The notes: generated by a model from the letters alone, not told the origin. 42,175 bases of DNA from Vicugna vicugna (GCA_013265495.1 MU058000.1:3201722-3243896), one strand, 5' to 3'; numbered from the stretch's first letter, positions 12,271 through 24,884 are shown. Translations and numbers: made by a program.

Positions 12271-13449
12271 CCACACAGGGCCAACAGCAGTATAAACCAG
12301 TGTTCTCCTTACTCCAAGGAAAAGGGGACTCTGACTTTAGAAATCACTTGGCCTGGCGGTTCTTCCCAGGAAAAGAAAGGAGAGGTTCACATTTCATTCT
12401 GGAGAAAAATACGCTCCGTGCAACTATAAACAAATGACCCCGAAGGCAGCAAAGGAGGAAGCAGGCAAAGTAACAGAAACCAACCAACTTTTCCAAACAA
12501 GTACACAAACGATTGAATTTTCATACCTTGTTGTATCTGTCTGCACCACCTCGAGCCTGAGTCAATTTTTTTAAACCATTCAGAGTGAGCTGTAGTCAAA
12601 TATGAGATTTCAACCAATGATCCTCATGAGGCCACTGGTCTTACATCTGAAAACATTTTGACTCTCTAGACCTCTTGAAAATTCGAAGCCTTTCTTCCTG
12701 TTGTTTCTATTAACTTGTAGCCCAAATTGTCATTTATTTATTTTTCAAACTTATTGGAACTGGTGAAAGTTTCAAACATATTCTTCCCACAGTCTTTCAC
12801 ATAAAAAGTGCCCACGAGGTTGATTTAATAGTCCGCAGATGCATTCATTCTGCTATCAAATGCTAAAGCTAAATGCAAAAGATATATAAAAGTGAAATAA
12901 AATGTGACTGACTGTAACATCAGCGAATAAAGGTCAATAATGGTCCATCCCACTGCATTCTGCCACGCTAGCATCCTCTCATTCCTATGGACACAATTCC
13001 CAAAATCACAGCCTTCAGACTCTGAAATGTTTGCTTTATAATGCTATGTGCAATGAGCCTGCTAACGAGGTAAAATCACCTAGACTTAAAAGAAACAGAT
13101 TTTTGCGGAAGTGAAATGCAGAATTTTAGTTGCTCTTTGCACGACTGGAAATAACTTCTCTATGAAATGAGAGCACTCGACTAGATGATTTCTGTGTTTC
13201 CTTCAGCTCTTGGGATCTCCGATGATCGTCAGGCATTTTGTTCATGTTTCTTTTTGGAGACAAGGGGCACCATGCTTGACTGCGCTGTGATCTTTCTCAG
13301 TTCAGTTTACTCCTCTGGAAAAAGGGTACCGTATCTTCAGTGCCTTCCCTCAGTGTGGGAGTGCTGTATGGACTAGGAACGCTTTGCAGATCATGATGGT
13401 AGTTCTATTGCCCATGACATAAACTGCCACCAGAAAACAGAATTTAGGG

Positions 13450-13645
13450 GTTCCAGTGTGTGGCTCTGACAGTCTAACTCAGAATGAGCCTTTGTCTCCT
13501 CAGTGCCACTGAATCTGGTACCTAACTCGCAAAACCGGGATGCAGGCACCTACCTTATGAGATTATTGTGAGAACTGAAGGAGTAAATGCATGCACAGCT
13601 CTCATCACATGATAAGCACCCAATAAAAGTGGGTGATTATTTTTT
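13450..13645 (+). mobile_element. MIR SINE
   Basis: gcacctaccttatgagattattgtgagaactgaaggagtaaatgcatgcacagctctc...ataagcacccaataaaagtgggtgattatt is the MIR 3' half. Confidence 0.75.
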
Positions 13646-13944
13646 GTACACTTCTGTCTCTGTAAGGCACGCATCTGGGCATGATCATGAAGCAAAAAAT
13701 CTAAGAGAAAAGAAATAACAGAAAAAAGATTTAATTGCACTAATTTCTTAGTGTGGCCATTTCCCAGAGATTGCTCTAACAAAGGGGGAGGCAGAACTAA
13801 ATAAAGGTTACATCTGTTTGGATTCTTTCCCTTTCAAGTGGGAAAGACCAGCATATAGAAATCTCTGATCTCCATTCTCAAGATACTGACACATTCTTTT
13901 AGAAGGGATGAAGATTGGCATACGACCCTACCCAGACTTTTTAT

Positions 13945-14165
13945 TTCCAAACTGTGCTTCCAAATACCAGCATGTCACAGGTGCTAAACAGGTGTCACAT
14001 GAGAAACGATTCTGTGATTCAGTAAAGTGTAGAGGATGCTAGGTTACACAAAGTTAAACACATTTCTTTCCTGTAAATCTCAGAGATATTAATAAAGTTA
14101 TGTGCATTACAAATCGTTGGAAAGGGAAAACAGTATGTGATGGTTTTTAAACTTTTTTCTGGTTA
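13945..14165. mobile_element. hAT-Charlie MITE (MER112/MER103-like)
   Basis: tttccaaactgtgcttcc...gatgctaggttacacaaagttaaacacatttctttcctgtaaatctcagagatattaataaagttatgtgcattacaaatc...cagtatgtgatggtttttaaac resembles a recalled Charlie-derived MITE consensus; exact family uncertain. Confidence 0.6.
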
Positions 14166-14929
14166 GAATCAAGTCATTCATCTGGCTACTCCTCCCTGTG
14201 TCACTCCTTGCCTGACATCTAGTAGATCCTCAAGCAATGTTATTTGAATGAATAACTAAGACCCAGGCAGGATGAAGGGCAGAGAAGGCACTCAGATAAG
14301 CACTCATTAGAAAACTTCTTGTTTTTGCAGTCCAATACTTGAAACAAGAAAATGGACATATTTTCAGGGGAATAAGATCAGAAACAGAAACATATCTTTA
14401 CTAGAATATTCTTTTTTAGCTGAGAATGGAAGCTGGAGGTAAGTTTTCTAAGGCCTAGGTTATTCAGTAGCAATTGCATCATGGATTGGGGGAAGGAAAT
14501 TCTTCCTTAATTTCAGTTACAATTGGTTTATTCCACCGGAATATGATAAATCATTCCTCTTATCTTAAAACCTGTATACAAACATTATTAATGATTAATG
14601 AAATAATCTACTCAGCTCTTTAAATTATCCAGGCATCAGATATGATTCTGTGACCTTGTAATGCAGGAAATTTCAAGAGGTAGGCTAAACTCAGTCTAAA
14701 ACACTCTTTCTTTCTGTTTGTTGTATATATAATGGCCTTTAATTTCATCTAAAGTCATCCTGTTCCCATGATCTGGAAAACATCTGCAGAGGGAACGCTG
14801 GAGGCTGTTGGCTACGTCTGTTGAACTCTCCAGAAGACCACTGAACACCCAGCAAGACATGGCAGCGGACCTGGCAGCCTGGCCATAATTCCACTCTCCC
14901 TGCAGCGGGGCACTTGCTCACACAGCATC

Positions 14930-15552
14930 AAGCCACTCGCTCCTTCACACCTTCTGATGTTTCCCTTTTGCCTTCAAATGAAGTTCAGACTTGCTTGCAT
15001 GGTTTATGAGGCATTTCATACTTATCTCATAGCCTCATCGCCCCATCTCTCTCACTCGCTATCTCTGTCTCAGCTATATTGAATTTCTTTCAATGTCCTG
15101 CCCGAGTAAACTAGTTTTTAATCTCATCTCCATATCTCTGTAAATGCTGCTTCCTCCATCTGAGCGCCCTGCTTCCAACACTGTCCTTCCTCCTTATCCT
15201 TCAGTTTTCTTTAGATTTAGCTTCCACCAGAGACTCCAAACTGACCTCCTGTTAGTTGGCAAGGAGCCTCTCCTGTGAAGTTGCAAAGCATTCTGTTTCT
15301 CCTCCTAGAATCCTAACTGCATTCCAATAAAATACAGAGTCATATATTATGATATTATAATATTAGAACAGAACAGAACAGAATCACACTGCATCCCAAA
15401 CTGCATGTGTACTCATCTGTTTCCCCCAGCAGGCTTGAAGAAGGATTAGCACTGGCTGTTTTTCCTTTTTTTTCAACCTTTTTATCAGTAAGGTCTAAGG
15501 CCAGACCTGCTGCAGAGCAACTGCTCAAAAATATTTGTTGAAAGAATAAATA
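14930..15552 (+). mobile_element. L2 LINE 3' fragment
   Basis: cttgcatggtttatgaggcatttcat...atgctgcttcctccatctgag...tccttatccttcag; ends ctgctcaaaaatatttgttgaaagaataaat. Confidence 0.75.
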
Positions 15553-15574
15553 ATATCATGCAGATGTGTATCCT

Positions 15575-15950
15575 TTTAACAAATCAAGTGCCTATATGTA
15601 TACTGGTTAAAATGTAGTAAATGTGATGGGCAAAGTCAGACCTTGTGGAACTTACATCAAGGCAGAAAAAGACAAGAAACATGTTCACAAATAAATATGC
15701 AATATTGTAACAGCTGTTGTAAATGCTTATAAGAATAAAAAGTGTTCTGCAAGAGGAGAAATAGTGGTTGAAAGGTGGATAAGGTATACAGAATGGAACT
15801 GTGGAAAATAAACCTGGAAAAGAAGTAAGATGTATTTTCAGAAAACAGGTAAATACAAAATAAAAAAAAAAAAAACAGGAAAATTTCAAATCAAGATAAG
15901 CCATGTATTTGTTCAGAAGAATGAAAGATTATGATATGGAAGATGAGAAA
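15575..15950 (-). mobile_element. L2 LINE 3' fragment, antisense
   Basis: aagtgcctatatgtatactgg...gaccttgtggaacttacatc...aaatgcttataagaataaaa resembles antisense L2 (gagcacctactatgtgccagg...gccctcatggagcttaca). Confidence 0.55.
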
Positions 15951-16004
15951 ACAGGTCATGGTGTTTATTGAAATGGGTTACTTTTAAGGGAATAAAAACA
16001 TAGA

Positions 16005-16315
16005 TCTGATCACCAAAAATATATTCCTTCTTCATGTTGGACACATCTTTAGAGTCATTTTCCAGACTCTCCTGTTGTTAGCGTGACTGTGCTGTTAGAT
16101 CTTATTCATGGAATAGGGGTGAGCACGTCTCTTCCAGTCCCTCCTTCCGCACCTGCTGGCTGGATGCACACCGTAATGAGGGAACAGAGGAACGTGGAGC
16201 CACAACATGGAAAGGACCTGGGCTTTCAAAGCACTGGGGAGTTAAAATCTGCCACGTAGTCAAGAACATACACCTCAGGCTGATACGTGAGCAAGACGGA
16301 AGACGTATTTTCTAC
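16005..16315 (+). mobile_element. Old MaLR LTR (MLT1H-K-like)
   Basis: cattttccagactctcctg...gtggagccacaacatggaaaggacctgggc...cacctcaggctgatacgtgagcaaga resembles old MLT1 LTRs. Confidence 0.55.
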
Positions 16316-19300
16316 ATTTTATACTTTAAAATTTACAATATTGTAGTACAGAAATTATTGGAGGCGTTAGTTTAAAATTTTTTTCAACTACATACATTTT
16401 TATTTTCTCATTCAGACATCAAAAAGACTTTGCTTTTATTAAAGACATTGGGATTACTCAGTTTTGTCTGTAAATACCACTGCCAATGCTGGTTATTTTG
16501 TTCGTGTTACTTAGGGGCTATTTATCATCCAGAAGGAAAGAGAAGAAGTAAATAACATTTAGAAGATACAAATGCAGATAAAGATAAAGTAGAGGTATCA
16601 ATAGAGACTTTCAAGTAAATGTTGAAACTATATAATGATTTAGTATGAATTCAAGGATAACCAAGAGCCTATTGTAAAGAAGTAAGTATATGAGAAACTT
16701 TAACTGTCACACTTGGCAATCTGCTTGAAATGCTCACCCTCCTCAATCGATAACATAGGATAAGCAGTTTGTAGATGCCTGCAGAATCTTCCCTCACTCC
16801 AAGAGCTTTTGTTAAACCCATCCAACTCCGAAGAATATAGTGCTAATTATTTAAACGATCCCCGCTGCGTGAATAATGCACGTGATCGTGTATGAGCATC
16901 CTCTGGGGGGAATTTGAGTACTAACTCTTGTCCACTTTCACATCCTATGTCATTCAAAGCACACACAGATGTTTAATTAGGTGTGAAAGGATGTTTTCTT
17001 CTCTTGTGGCTTACTGCACTTCCAGCTACTTGGTATGCTTTGGAGGTGGGGGAATTTTGAGTGCTGCTGAGACTTAATTGCCACTGGAACCTAGGCTAAT
17101 TCCATTTAAAATTCTAAATACTACCAAGGAGAAAGGTAGAAGTGTAAGGCCCAGGCAGTTGAGTCTGGGCTGGAAAACCCAGTTCTGCTACTTTCTGCAA
17201 GACTATGAAAAACAAACAAATCAACCCAGACAAACCTGAGAACAAAGGTATGAAAAACAGGAATCACTAGTACATGGAAACAGATATTAGTGTTCAAATT
17301 TGAACATCTGATCAATTAGGCCTCAGCAGAGCTAGGCGAAGGGCAGCCAGCAAATCCGAGGAGGGGCCACAGGCCTTGTTCTCATTACAACAATAACAAC
17401 AACAACAAGCCCCTAAAAAGTCAACTAAGAAGAAGTGGATTTTTGCTCATTTGGATTCGTGACTTGGGTTTGTGGCTTTTCCAACCCCAAATCTGTACAT
17501 AATCTTTACCATAGAAATACCATGTAGCATCTGGTGGGAGTAGGATGGATAAGTGCATCATTCAGGACAGAACTGAAATCCTGGTCTTGTTTGCCTGCTT
17601 TGTTTTAGGATATGCCCTACGGGTTCAAATCTTTCTTTTTGTTACTTAATGAGCACCTGAAACTCAGTGCTTGCATAATTAGCAAGGTTATGAAAATTAC
17701 ATAAAAAATGGTATGATCTAAAGCACCCAAAAGGATGGAGAATTTTTCTTAAATTCAAACTACAGAAACTGATTACTGTCATCACACATATCTATGTTCC
17801 ATACACAACAATTTAATCAGAACAACACCCTAGTATCAGGTGTAGAATTTCATTTATGTAACTTAGGTATGAGGGGCATAATTCTCCCAATGAGATAATA
17901 GTGGATATCGACAAAAAACAAAAGGCCCACCTTACTTACTGTTGTGCAGTTATGATAAACTCACTTTTATTAAACTTGCACCTGAGGCACAGCAATAATT
18001 ACTGATGCCACGATCCTGTCTTATTTCATAATTGAGGCCGCTGTCATCTTTATGAAGATGCCAGGGAAGGTACTAAACATTCTTGCAACTTTACTTATTA
18101 GCTTTGACAAGAATTCTTTGGCTGTTAAGATTGCCACCATCACATGAGAGAAGATTAGATGAAAAAAAAAATTTCCATCTGAATGATGCAATCTTTGTGT
18201 GCTTCCTTTATTAAAAACACACAAAACATTTGAAATGTACAATTGAGTTCGAAGAGTTATTCATGGAATACAAGGCAGTTTATTTAAAAAAAAAAAAAAA
18301 CACCTCGGTCCCTATTTTTACATCTCCATGTGCTGACATGCACTGGGATTGAACACATCTGTTAAAAGAGTTAGCTAGGGACCTTGCAGAATTCTTCTCT
18401 CGTCTGAACCAGCTCACTGGCACTTAAAACAGAACTAAATAAGCTGGCCTGATTTGCTTTTGTCCCAGGAGGAGGATAACTTCTGATTATCCTTTTGAGA
18501 AATGGGCAGATTTGTTCTGTCTGCAGCTAGGAAGTAAAGGCTACACATCATTCAGAAATTGTAATTCAGGTTCATGCTGCAAAGACAGGAGAATGTGTGA
18601 AATACAGAAATCTAAAGGCTTAGTCACTAAATGGGAGATGTCCATTTGGAAACAATAGCTGGAAACAGGAAGAGAGATAATGTATTTCCGTATTTGCATA
18701 AATGAGCCTTCAAAGTAGGTGCAGAAATGGAATGAATGAGGTGGAAGAAAATTACAGACAGCCATGACGTGGGGGTGAAAATGAATAGGGACCTTAGCAG
18801 GCAAATAAGAATAAGATGTCTTGCTCTGGGTGGAGAGAATTAACAATTGCCTACAGTCTACATCACAAATATATCAATGGAATGCACAGAACCTTTGACC
18901 TCTAACCCCTAAATTCAATGAGGAATATTCCTGAGTTCTGTATGCCAAGGAGTATGAGGGAAAAAAAAAATACTGTAGAAAAAAGCTGCATCTTAGAGAT
19001 GGAGAAGCAAAACCCTCAATTCTATTTTATGCTTTCTCCTAGACTAACTTCAGGGTAAAAACTATCTGCTTCAAAGAGAAGATAAGAAAAGTTGATTAGG
19101 AATTTGAAATTCAAAGGCCGTAAAACCGGCAATAGACCAGTGGAAATCTCAGGCTAGTCTTCCTGAGATCTTTGCAAACCCTACGTGCTTACTTTCTGCC
19201 CGTTTCTTTAATAAATTTGTCTTATAATACACTCCTGAATCTATTTAATATTTTTATATTTATTCATATGCTAATGTTCCTTATACAGGGTTGTTTTTAT

Positions 19301-19578
19301 TGGGTTAGTTGCTTGTTTTATTTAAGTATACCACCTTAAATTAAAAGTTGTGCCGATGAGTGGTTTTATGTTAATCACATTTTTATGAGGCTCAAATTTA
19401 AAACATCAAGTTGCTCTTGCATAGGGTATTATAGTAAATCCTTTGGTAGCGTTAAGTTACCCCAAATTTATCTTGTATGTAAATTCAGATGTTTACATAC
19501 TTTGTGTTTAAAAGAGATTGCGAATGTGCCTGGAGGCTTGTCATAGGTACAGACCCGGGTCTTGTATTTATGTCTGTA

Positions 19579-19757
19579 CAGGGTTGAGCAAAGCCTTGCA
19601 TCGATCACTGGTCATAAAACAGCAGAGGCAGTGTTTTCTGTAAGCTTGTTAGAAGTGCAGAATCACAGGCCACACTCACAACCTAACAGACCCGAATTTG
19701 TGTTTGAATAAGTTCCTCTGTTGATCATATATGCCCATGTAAGTTTGAGAAGCACTG
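19579..19757 (+). mobile_element. MER5A/MER5B-like hAT-Charlie MITE
   Basis: agcttgttagaagtgcagaatcacaggccacactc...ttgatcatatatgcccatgtaagtttgagaagcactg, with the terminus tttgagaagcactg. Confidence 0.8.
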
Positions 19758-19801
19758 CCATAGTCTCAAGGATTTTGTATGTAACTTGTTTTATAGATAC
19801 A

Positions 19802-19899
19802 GATGGCGCCAGGATGGCAGTGATTTTGATGCCAGTAGTGATGGCACTGGTGGTACCCTGGTGGCGATGGTTTTGGTGGCGGTGGTGGAGGTGATGGTA
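19802..19899. repeat. Degenerate (GGT/GAT)n trinucleotide low-complexity tract
   Basis: gatggcgccaggatggcagtgatt...gtagtgatggcactggtggt...ggtggcgatggttttggtggcggtggtggaggtgatggt. Confidence 0.7.
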
Positions 19900-20182
19900 T
19901 CAGTTTACTTCCCAGGTCCCAATCAATAAGGAAAATACCAATTTGATACAAAATGATCATTGAAATAATAATAAATAAAAATGAGAAGATTGTATTTACC
20001 GGTTGGGGAGAATTTTATGCAATTGAGAAGAAAATACAGATAAATCACTTGAAAGAGGGGTGAGTCCCAAAGTTGATGCCAGAGAAAGCCTAGAAAGGAT
20101 GCATCTTGGTAACAAACAGATATTTGGGGGACCAGAACTGAACCTGACCCGACAGAGTAAGTCCTGCCACACTACCTTCAAG

Positions 20183-20343
20183 AAATCTTGAGGAGTGATG
20201 GAAATGTTCGCTATCTTGATTGCAGTGGAGGTTTCACTGGCATATACATCTATCAAAATTCATCAAATTGTACATCTGAAATATGTGCAGTTTACTGTAC
20301 AGGAACCACACAAGAATAAAGGTGATAAAAAAATAAAAAGAAA
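20183..20343 (+). mobile_element. L1 3' terminal fragment (L1MB/L1MC-like)
   Basis: gtgatggaaatgttcgctatcttgattgcagtggaggtttcactggcatatacatctatcaaaattcatcaaattgtacatctgaaatatgtgcagtttactgtac followed by an A-rich tail. Confidence 0.85.
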
Positions 20344-21884
20344 CCTCCCACACATGACTCAGTGTTCCTCCAAAGAAATGTCAACCAAATAGTTAACATA
20401 ATTTGGGAGTATGGCTGCACTGTTTGCGTTTCCATAACACGAAATTATTCACTCATTCAGTGTGTCTTTATGCCTCATCTCAGCCCAAATGACCATGAAT
20501 ATTTGGACGGGTAAAGTTTTCCGTTTTTTTCAGGACACAATGCAGGAACAATGAATGTTTTGCAAGCGCTGAATGAAGTACGAATCTGGCTTCTGGATAA
20601 CTTTTCACAAGCCATCAGCTCATCCTCTTTATCTCTTTAGGCCTGTGGCATTTACGGTGATGGCGCCCTCACTCAATAGGATTAAGGTCTGGGGACCTGC
20701 AAAGAAAACGCAATCTGCATTTATTGCTTTGTTATCATCTCCCTCTGCAGCGCATAACGCTTCTACTGTACAAACTACGTGCTGGGAATCAAATTTCACC
20801 GCAAGCTATTTGTAGGGTCCTTTAGGAGCGCTGCATGTGGGCCCTCCCCTGCCTTGAGTTCATGTCTTCATCTGCTATCAACACGGAGCTACAATGTGTT
20901 TAGGGGGTCAGTCGGAGACCCTAAATCAGCATTATTAAAATCGTAATTGAAGCTATTCTGTCAAGGAACTTTCCCTGTTCAAGATTTATGCAGAATATGA
21001 TAACAGATGTGCCCAGTCATTCTGCAGCCTAGGTCCTCCTCAAGTTCTGTGCGGACTGGTACCCTGCCTGGATGACAAAAACCTGGTGTACAGCTCTTTG
21101 TTCTTAACACACGGCCTCTTTATGAGTGCAACACAAAGGGCAGATTAAATTATAATGGTTTTCATAGTAAAATTTCTTAAAAACTCTGGAAAGTGGGGGA
21201 GAATGACTATGTTTATCCTGCAAAGCCATGATACGTACCAAAGAGTTTCAGGGGGGTTAACAGACATGGTGCCTGTCTAAGGCAGGAAATTGAACTAAAT
21301 CCCTGGAGTTCCACTGTCAATTCATCAGGATAAATAAGAGGCTGCAATCCAGCATGTTCCAGATGAGAAGCAGGCCCTAGGCTGCTTCTGCCATATTTCA
21401 TTAGCAACCTTTCTGATCACAGAGTAATACCTACGGAAGAACATGTATGTCACATAATGCAACGAAGACCAAAGCAGGTGGTCAGAAAGAAAAAGAAAAA
21501 AAAAAACCCTCAATCACTGCTTTCTGACTTCTGTAATTATGTGAAAGGAACAAAAACTGGAATAAAATACAGTCTATAATGAGTTAGTGTAGTAACAGAA
21601 TGCTTGGCACTTGTTTATTTGTTTTTCAGCGTCAATGGACTGAACCATTCTAGCTAGAGATTTTTGTTGTTGTCTCTTTCATTTCATAATCATTTTTATG
21701 TATCATATAAAATGTAAGTACTTATGTTAAACATTTAGGGGGAGGCAGAAATTAAGGACAGATCATATCTTTGATTCCTTCCAGTATAGAAGGGATTTGC
21801 CATATACAATACAGAGATACACATGCATCTGAGTCTAATCCCACAAAGCTTCTGGGTCCCAGCAGAAAACTTCAAATCTATATT

Positions 21885-22070
21885 TTATTTTGCTATCAAT
21901 AGGTAAACCTTTGGCATCCTGCTCATTCTCATTAAGCCCCAGTTTTTGGTGTGTTCAAAATAGAAAATAGTAACAATTATATTATTATTTATAGACTGAC
22001 TTGAGAAGTAAATTAGCTGTTATGCGTAAAGTCACATTTTAAGCTGTAAAATGTTGTTCAGTTGTATAAT
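21885..22070 (+). mobile_element. MIR (MIRc/MIR3-like) fragment
   Basis: aagccccagtttttggtgtgttcaaaatagaaaatagtaa...tatgcgtaaagtcacattttaagctgtaaaatgtt. Confidence 0.5.
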
Positions 22071-22625
22071 ACAAGTGCAAAGCCACACTGGTTATTTCAG
22101 AAGGAGACATTTCCCAGTGGAAATGGGGACCAATTGTCTGCAGATACATGAGACGACCAAAAGAATCAGGGAAGAGTACGAAGAAATGTATGTCAGGCCC
22201 GTTTTACAGAAAGCCTTGAACACAAATTTCTGATGGTTTTTGAATGGTGTTAAAAGGAAATAAGCTAGTGATCATTGGTAAAACAGACTTTATTAAATTA
22301 ACTGTCAAATGGCTATGAACTGACTTATGAACAAATGGACAGAAATGGAAACGAAAAGTTAAGTGGAACAGACATTGTAAGGAAGACAGCCCCAGAATGC
22401 AGTGTCTTGAGGTATAGACGATAAAAAGAGGGAAAATGGGAAAATAAGCTTCTTGCTTAAATTAGGCTACCTAACAAAAATAGAAAACTAGGAAGAATAG
22501 TTGTAGGTGAGATTATCATTTCCAACCTCAAATTTTCCAAAGAGTGTATTTTTTGTCCTTTGTGTGGCTTGATTTTTTCTATTGATAAGAATCCCAGTAA
22601 CTTCCTGACACACAACTTCTAAGAT

Positions 22626-22633
22626 ACACACAG

Positions 22634-22662
<29 letters not shown>
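22626..22662. repeat. (CA)n microsatellite
   Basis: acacacagacacacacacacacacacacacacacaca. Confidence 0.95.
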
Positions 22663-22666
<4 letters not shown>

Positions 22667-24306
22667 AGGCAATTAAATTTTAACAACTGGGACGATTTTG
22701 TTGAAAAAGATTGTTAACAATATAATAAAATACTTCAGTTTTTCTCATCCTCTGTGTGGTCCTCGGTATTGAAAATATCTGATGCATTCTAAGAGACCAC
22801 CCAGAATTTCAATTCTTGCTTTCCTGACTATTTCCATAATAATGTTTGCTTTTTCTTCATTTTTTGAATCTGGATTCCTTATGTATCTCAACATTGCCAT
22901 AAATTAGGATTCACTGAATAATATGGCAGAGGAGTAGACAATAAAGCCAATTCCACAAGAGCCAAACTTTAATGCGTTGCATAAATGAATGTACAGCAAT
23001 CTATGTAGCATCCTCTACAAAGTTACAGAGGATTTATTGTACATCTTGAAAAAAACTTCTAAGCAGTTTTGAGAAGTTATAACAATCAATGGTAAAATCA
23101 GCTTAGCCACAAATGATAATGACCTCATCGGTCACTTCAGAGGTCAGTTAATTAAAGGGGACGCACCTCCTTATTTCCCCAAAGACAAAATAAAAATATT
23201 CAGCAACTATCTATCATGAGAGGCAAAACCTCCAAGAGCTTTTTTTCTAGACTGACTCACTTACTATCCCAAACCTAGTGAGTTGTTTATCAATAAAAAT
23301 ATCACTAAGGTACAAGATTTGCTTAATAGAACACTTCCAATTGGTCCAATTGTGTGTTTTTATCCATGCTTTGAGACTCCAGTATAAAGAATCTGAATCT
23401 ATCTCAATTTATCACATAAATCAGCAAATGAAACTTTTGTGGTAGCTAAAGATTACATTTGTGTCTTTAGTTATAAATTCCTCTTTCTTTGATATGGAAA
23501 ATTGTTTCTATGACTCATGGAACAGAGTTTAGTAATACATACTTGTCAGGATTACTGTAAGTCTAGATAGAACCAACCAGTAATTTTCTTCTATTTTCAA
23601 TTCTTTTACCAAATATCTGACTTTTGAAGCTGAAGCTGGTAGTTTTAGAGAAAGACCAATCTTTAAAGCTAAATTTCAGAGTCTCAGGTTATTTATGTTT
23701 TTCCACTGATTTCCATGTGATGACAAGTACATGATTTCAATTTTAATAAAGTGATTTGAGAGCCTTGAAAATTTGTCTCTTCTGTATTTAAGTGTTATTC
23801 CAAGTTCTTTTCAGCAGAGTTAAGCATTTCCTAAGTACCAAATGTTGCTCTTGAGCACCCTGATTAACATATGCAAATTCCAATAGAGGAAACTTCATAT
23901 TTTTATCAACTGAAATGCTTTTTTTTTTTTTAATTAAGAGAGAGTTAAATCATCCCAGACTCTGAACTTAACCAATACGAATTTAGTCTTAGGGAAAATG
24001 TACAAACATAAATAATTTTAAGAAGATTTCACTTTTTTCAAAGGAAGATCAAGTCTGTTCTGTTAGTGTTAAAGTTACTGGGCGAGGGTGGGCACGTTCT
24101 GCCACATCTCACCAATCAGAAAGCTCTGAGTCTGGGTTTATCACACCAGTGCTAAAACTGACAGGAGCACAAATCAGAAGAGAATTTAGAGATTAAAGGA
24201 ATTTCTCAACTGTTGTATGTTAGAATTCCCACTGCTTTCAGGAGAATAAAAATAAATAAATAAACAAAAACAGAAAGAATAAAACAAACAAACAAACAAA
24301 ACCCAA

Positions 24307-24348
24307 TTTTGCATTCTAAAGCTTATCTTTTGCATTCTAAAGCTTATC
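24307..24348. repeat. Perfect 21-bp tandem duplication
   Basis: ttttgcattctaaagcttatc at 24307-24327 and again at 24328-24348. Confidence 0.95.
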
Positions 24349-24499
24349 TCACATATAAACAGCTCTATGATCTCCAATTTTTTTTTTTTTTTTTTTTTAG
24401 TAGAGGTGCGGATGGGTTATGAAGGAGCCCGTGGACTACAACCTGAATTCACTGTGAAGGAATCAGAATTTCTAGTCCAGGTTCCATTCACTCTCATCC

Positions 24500-24884
24500 A
24501 TCTCTGCAGGCTGCTATTCCCACAACTGCCAAGGGAAGGCAGAGGCAGGAGAGTGGAGGTGGAGGGAGGTGAGTGAGGGGAGGGGACACCAACCATCTCT
24601 CCCCTTCCTGTCTTCTCAGGTAGCTCTTCTGGCAGTGGCTGCATCTCCTCCAAAGTTCCAGCTCCCAGTGGACAGGCCAGGGTGTGGCCTCAACTTCCAG
24701 TGCTGGTGAGATCCTCTTCCTCACTCTGTCCACCAGGAGAGGGTGGTGGTAACTTCCGGCTGTTTCCTCATCATCCTCTGTTGACTTGCAGGCCCTTTTA
24801 TCACCTGATTTAGCAATTGCCTTTATTTCCATTTCCGACTTAAATACTCCAGTAATTTCTGTTTCCTCGCTAGACTCTCATACA
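24500..24884 (+). mobile_element. Old ERVL-type solo LTR (MLT2F/LTR67-like)
   Basis: ggcagtggctgcatctcctcc...ccagctcccagtggacaggcc...gggtggtggtaacttccggctg...aaatactccagtaatttctgtttcctcgctagactctcataca, with an LTR-like 3' end in CA; family name uncertain. Confidence 0.6.

Noticed and set aside
12528..12557. Candidate 30-nt minus-strand micro-exon with donor AAG|GTATGA
   Set aside because: The acceptor lacks a polypyrimidine tract (it is A-rich) and the peptide is unrecognised.
19766..19960. Pro/His-rich ORF (PSPPPPPPKPSPP...HHYWHQNH)
   Set aside because: It is a translation of a degenerate trinucleotide low-complexity tract.
21630..21713. Candidate 84-nt exon (tttttcag|...aaat|gtaagt)
   Set aside because: It has stop codons in all three frames and no partner exons; such signal pairs are common by chance.
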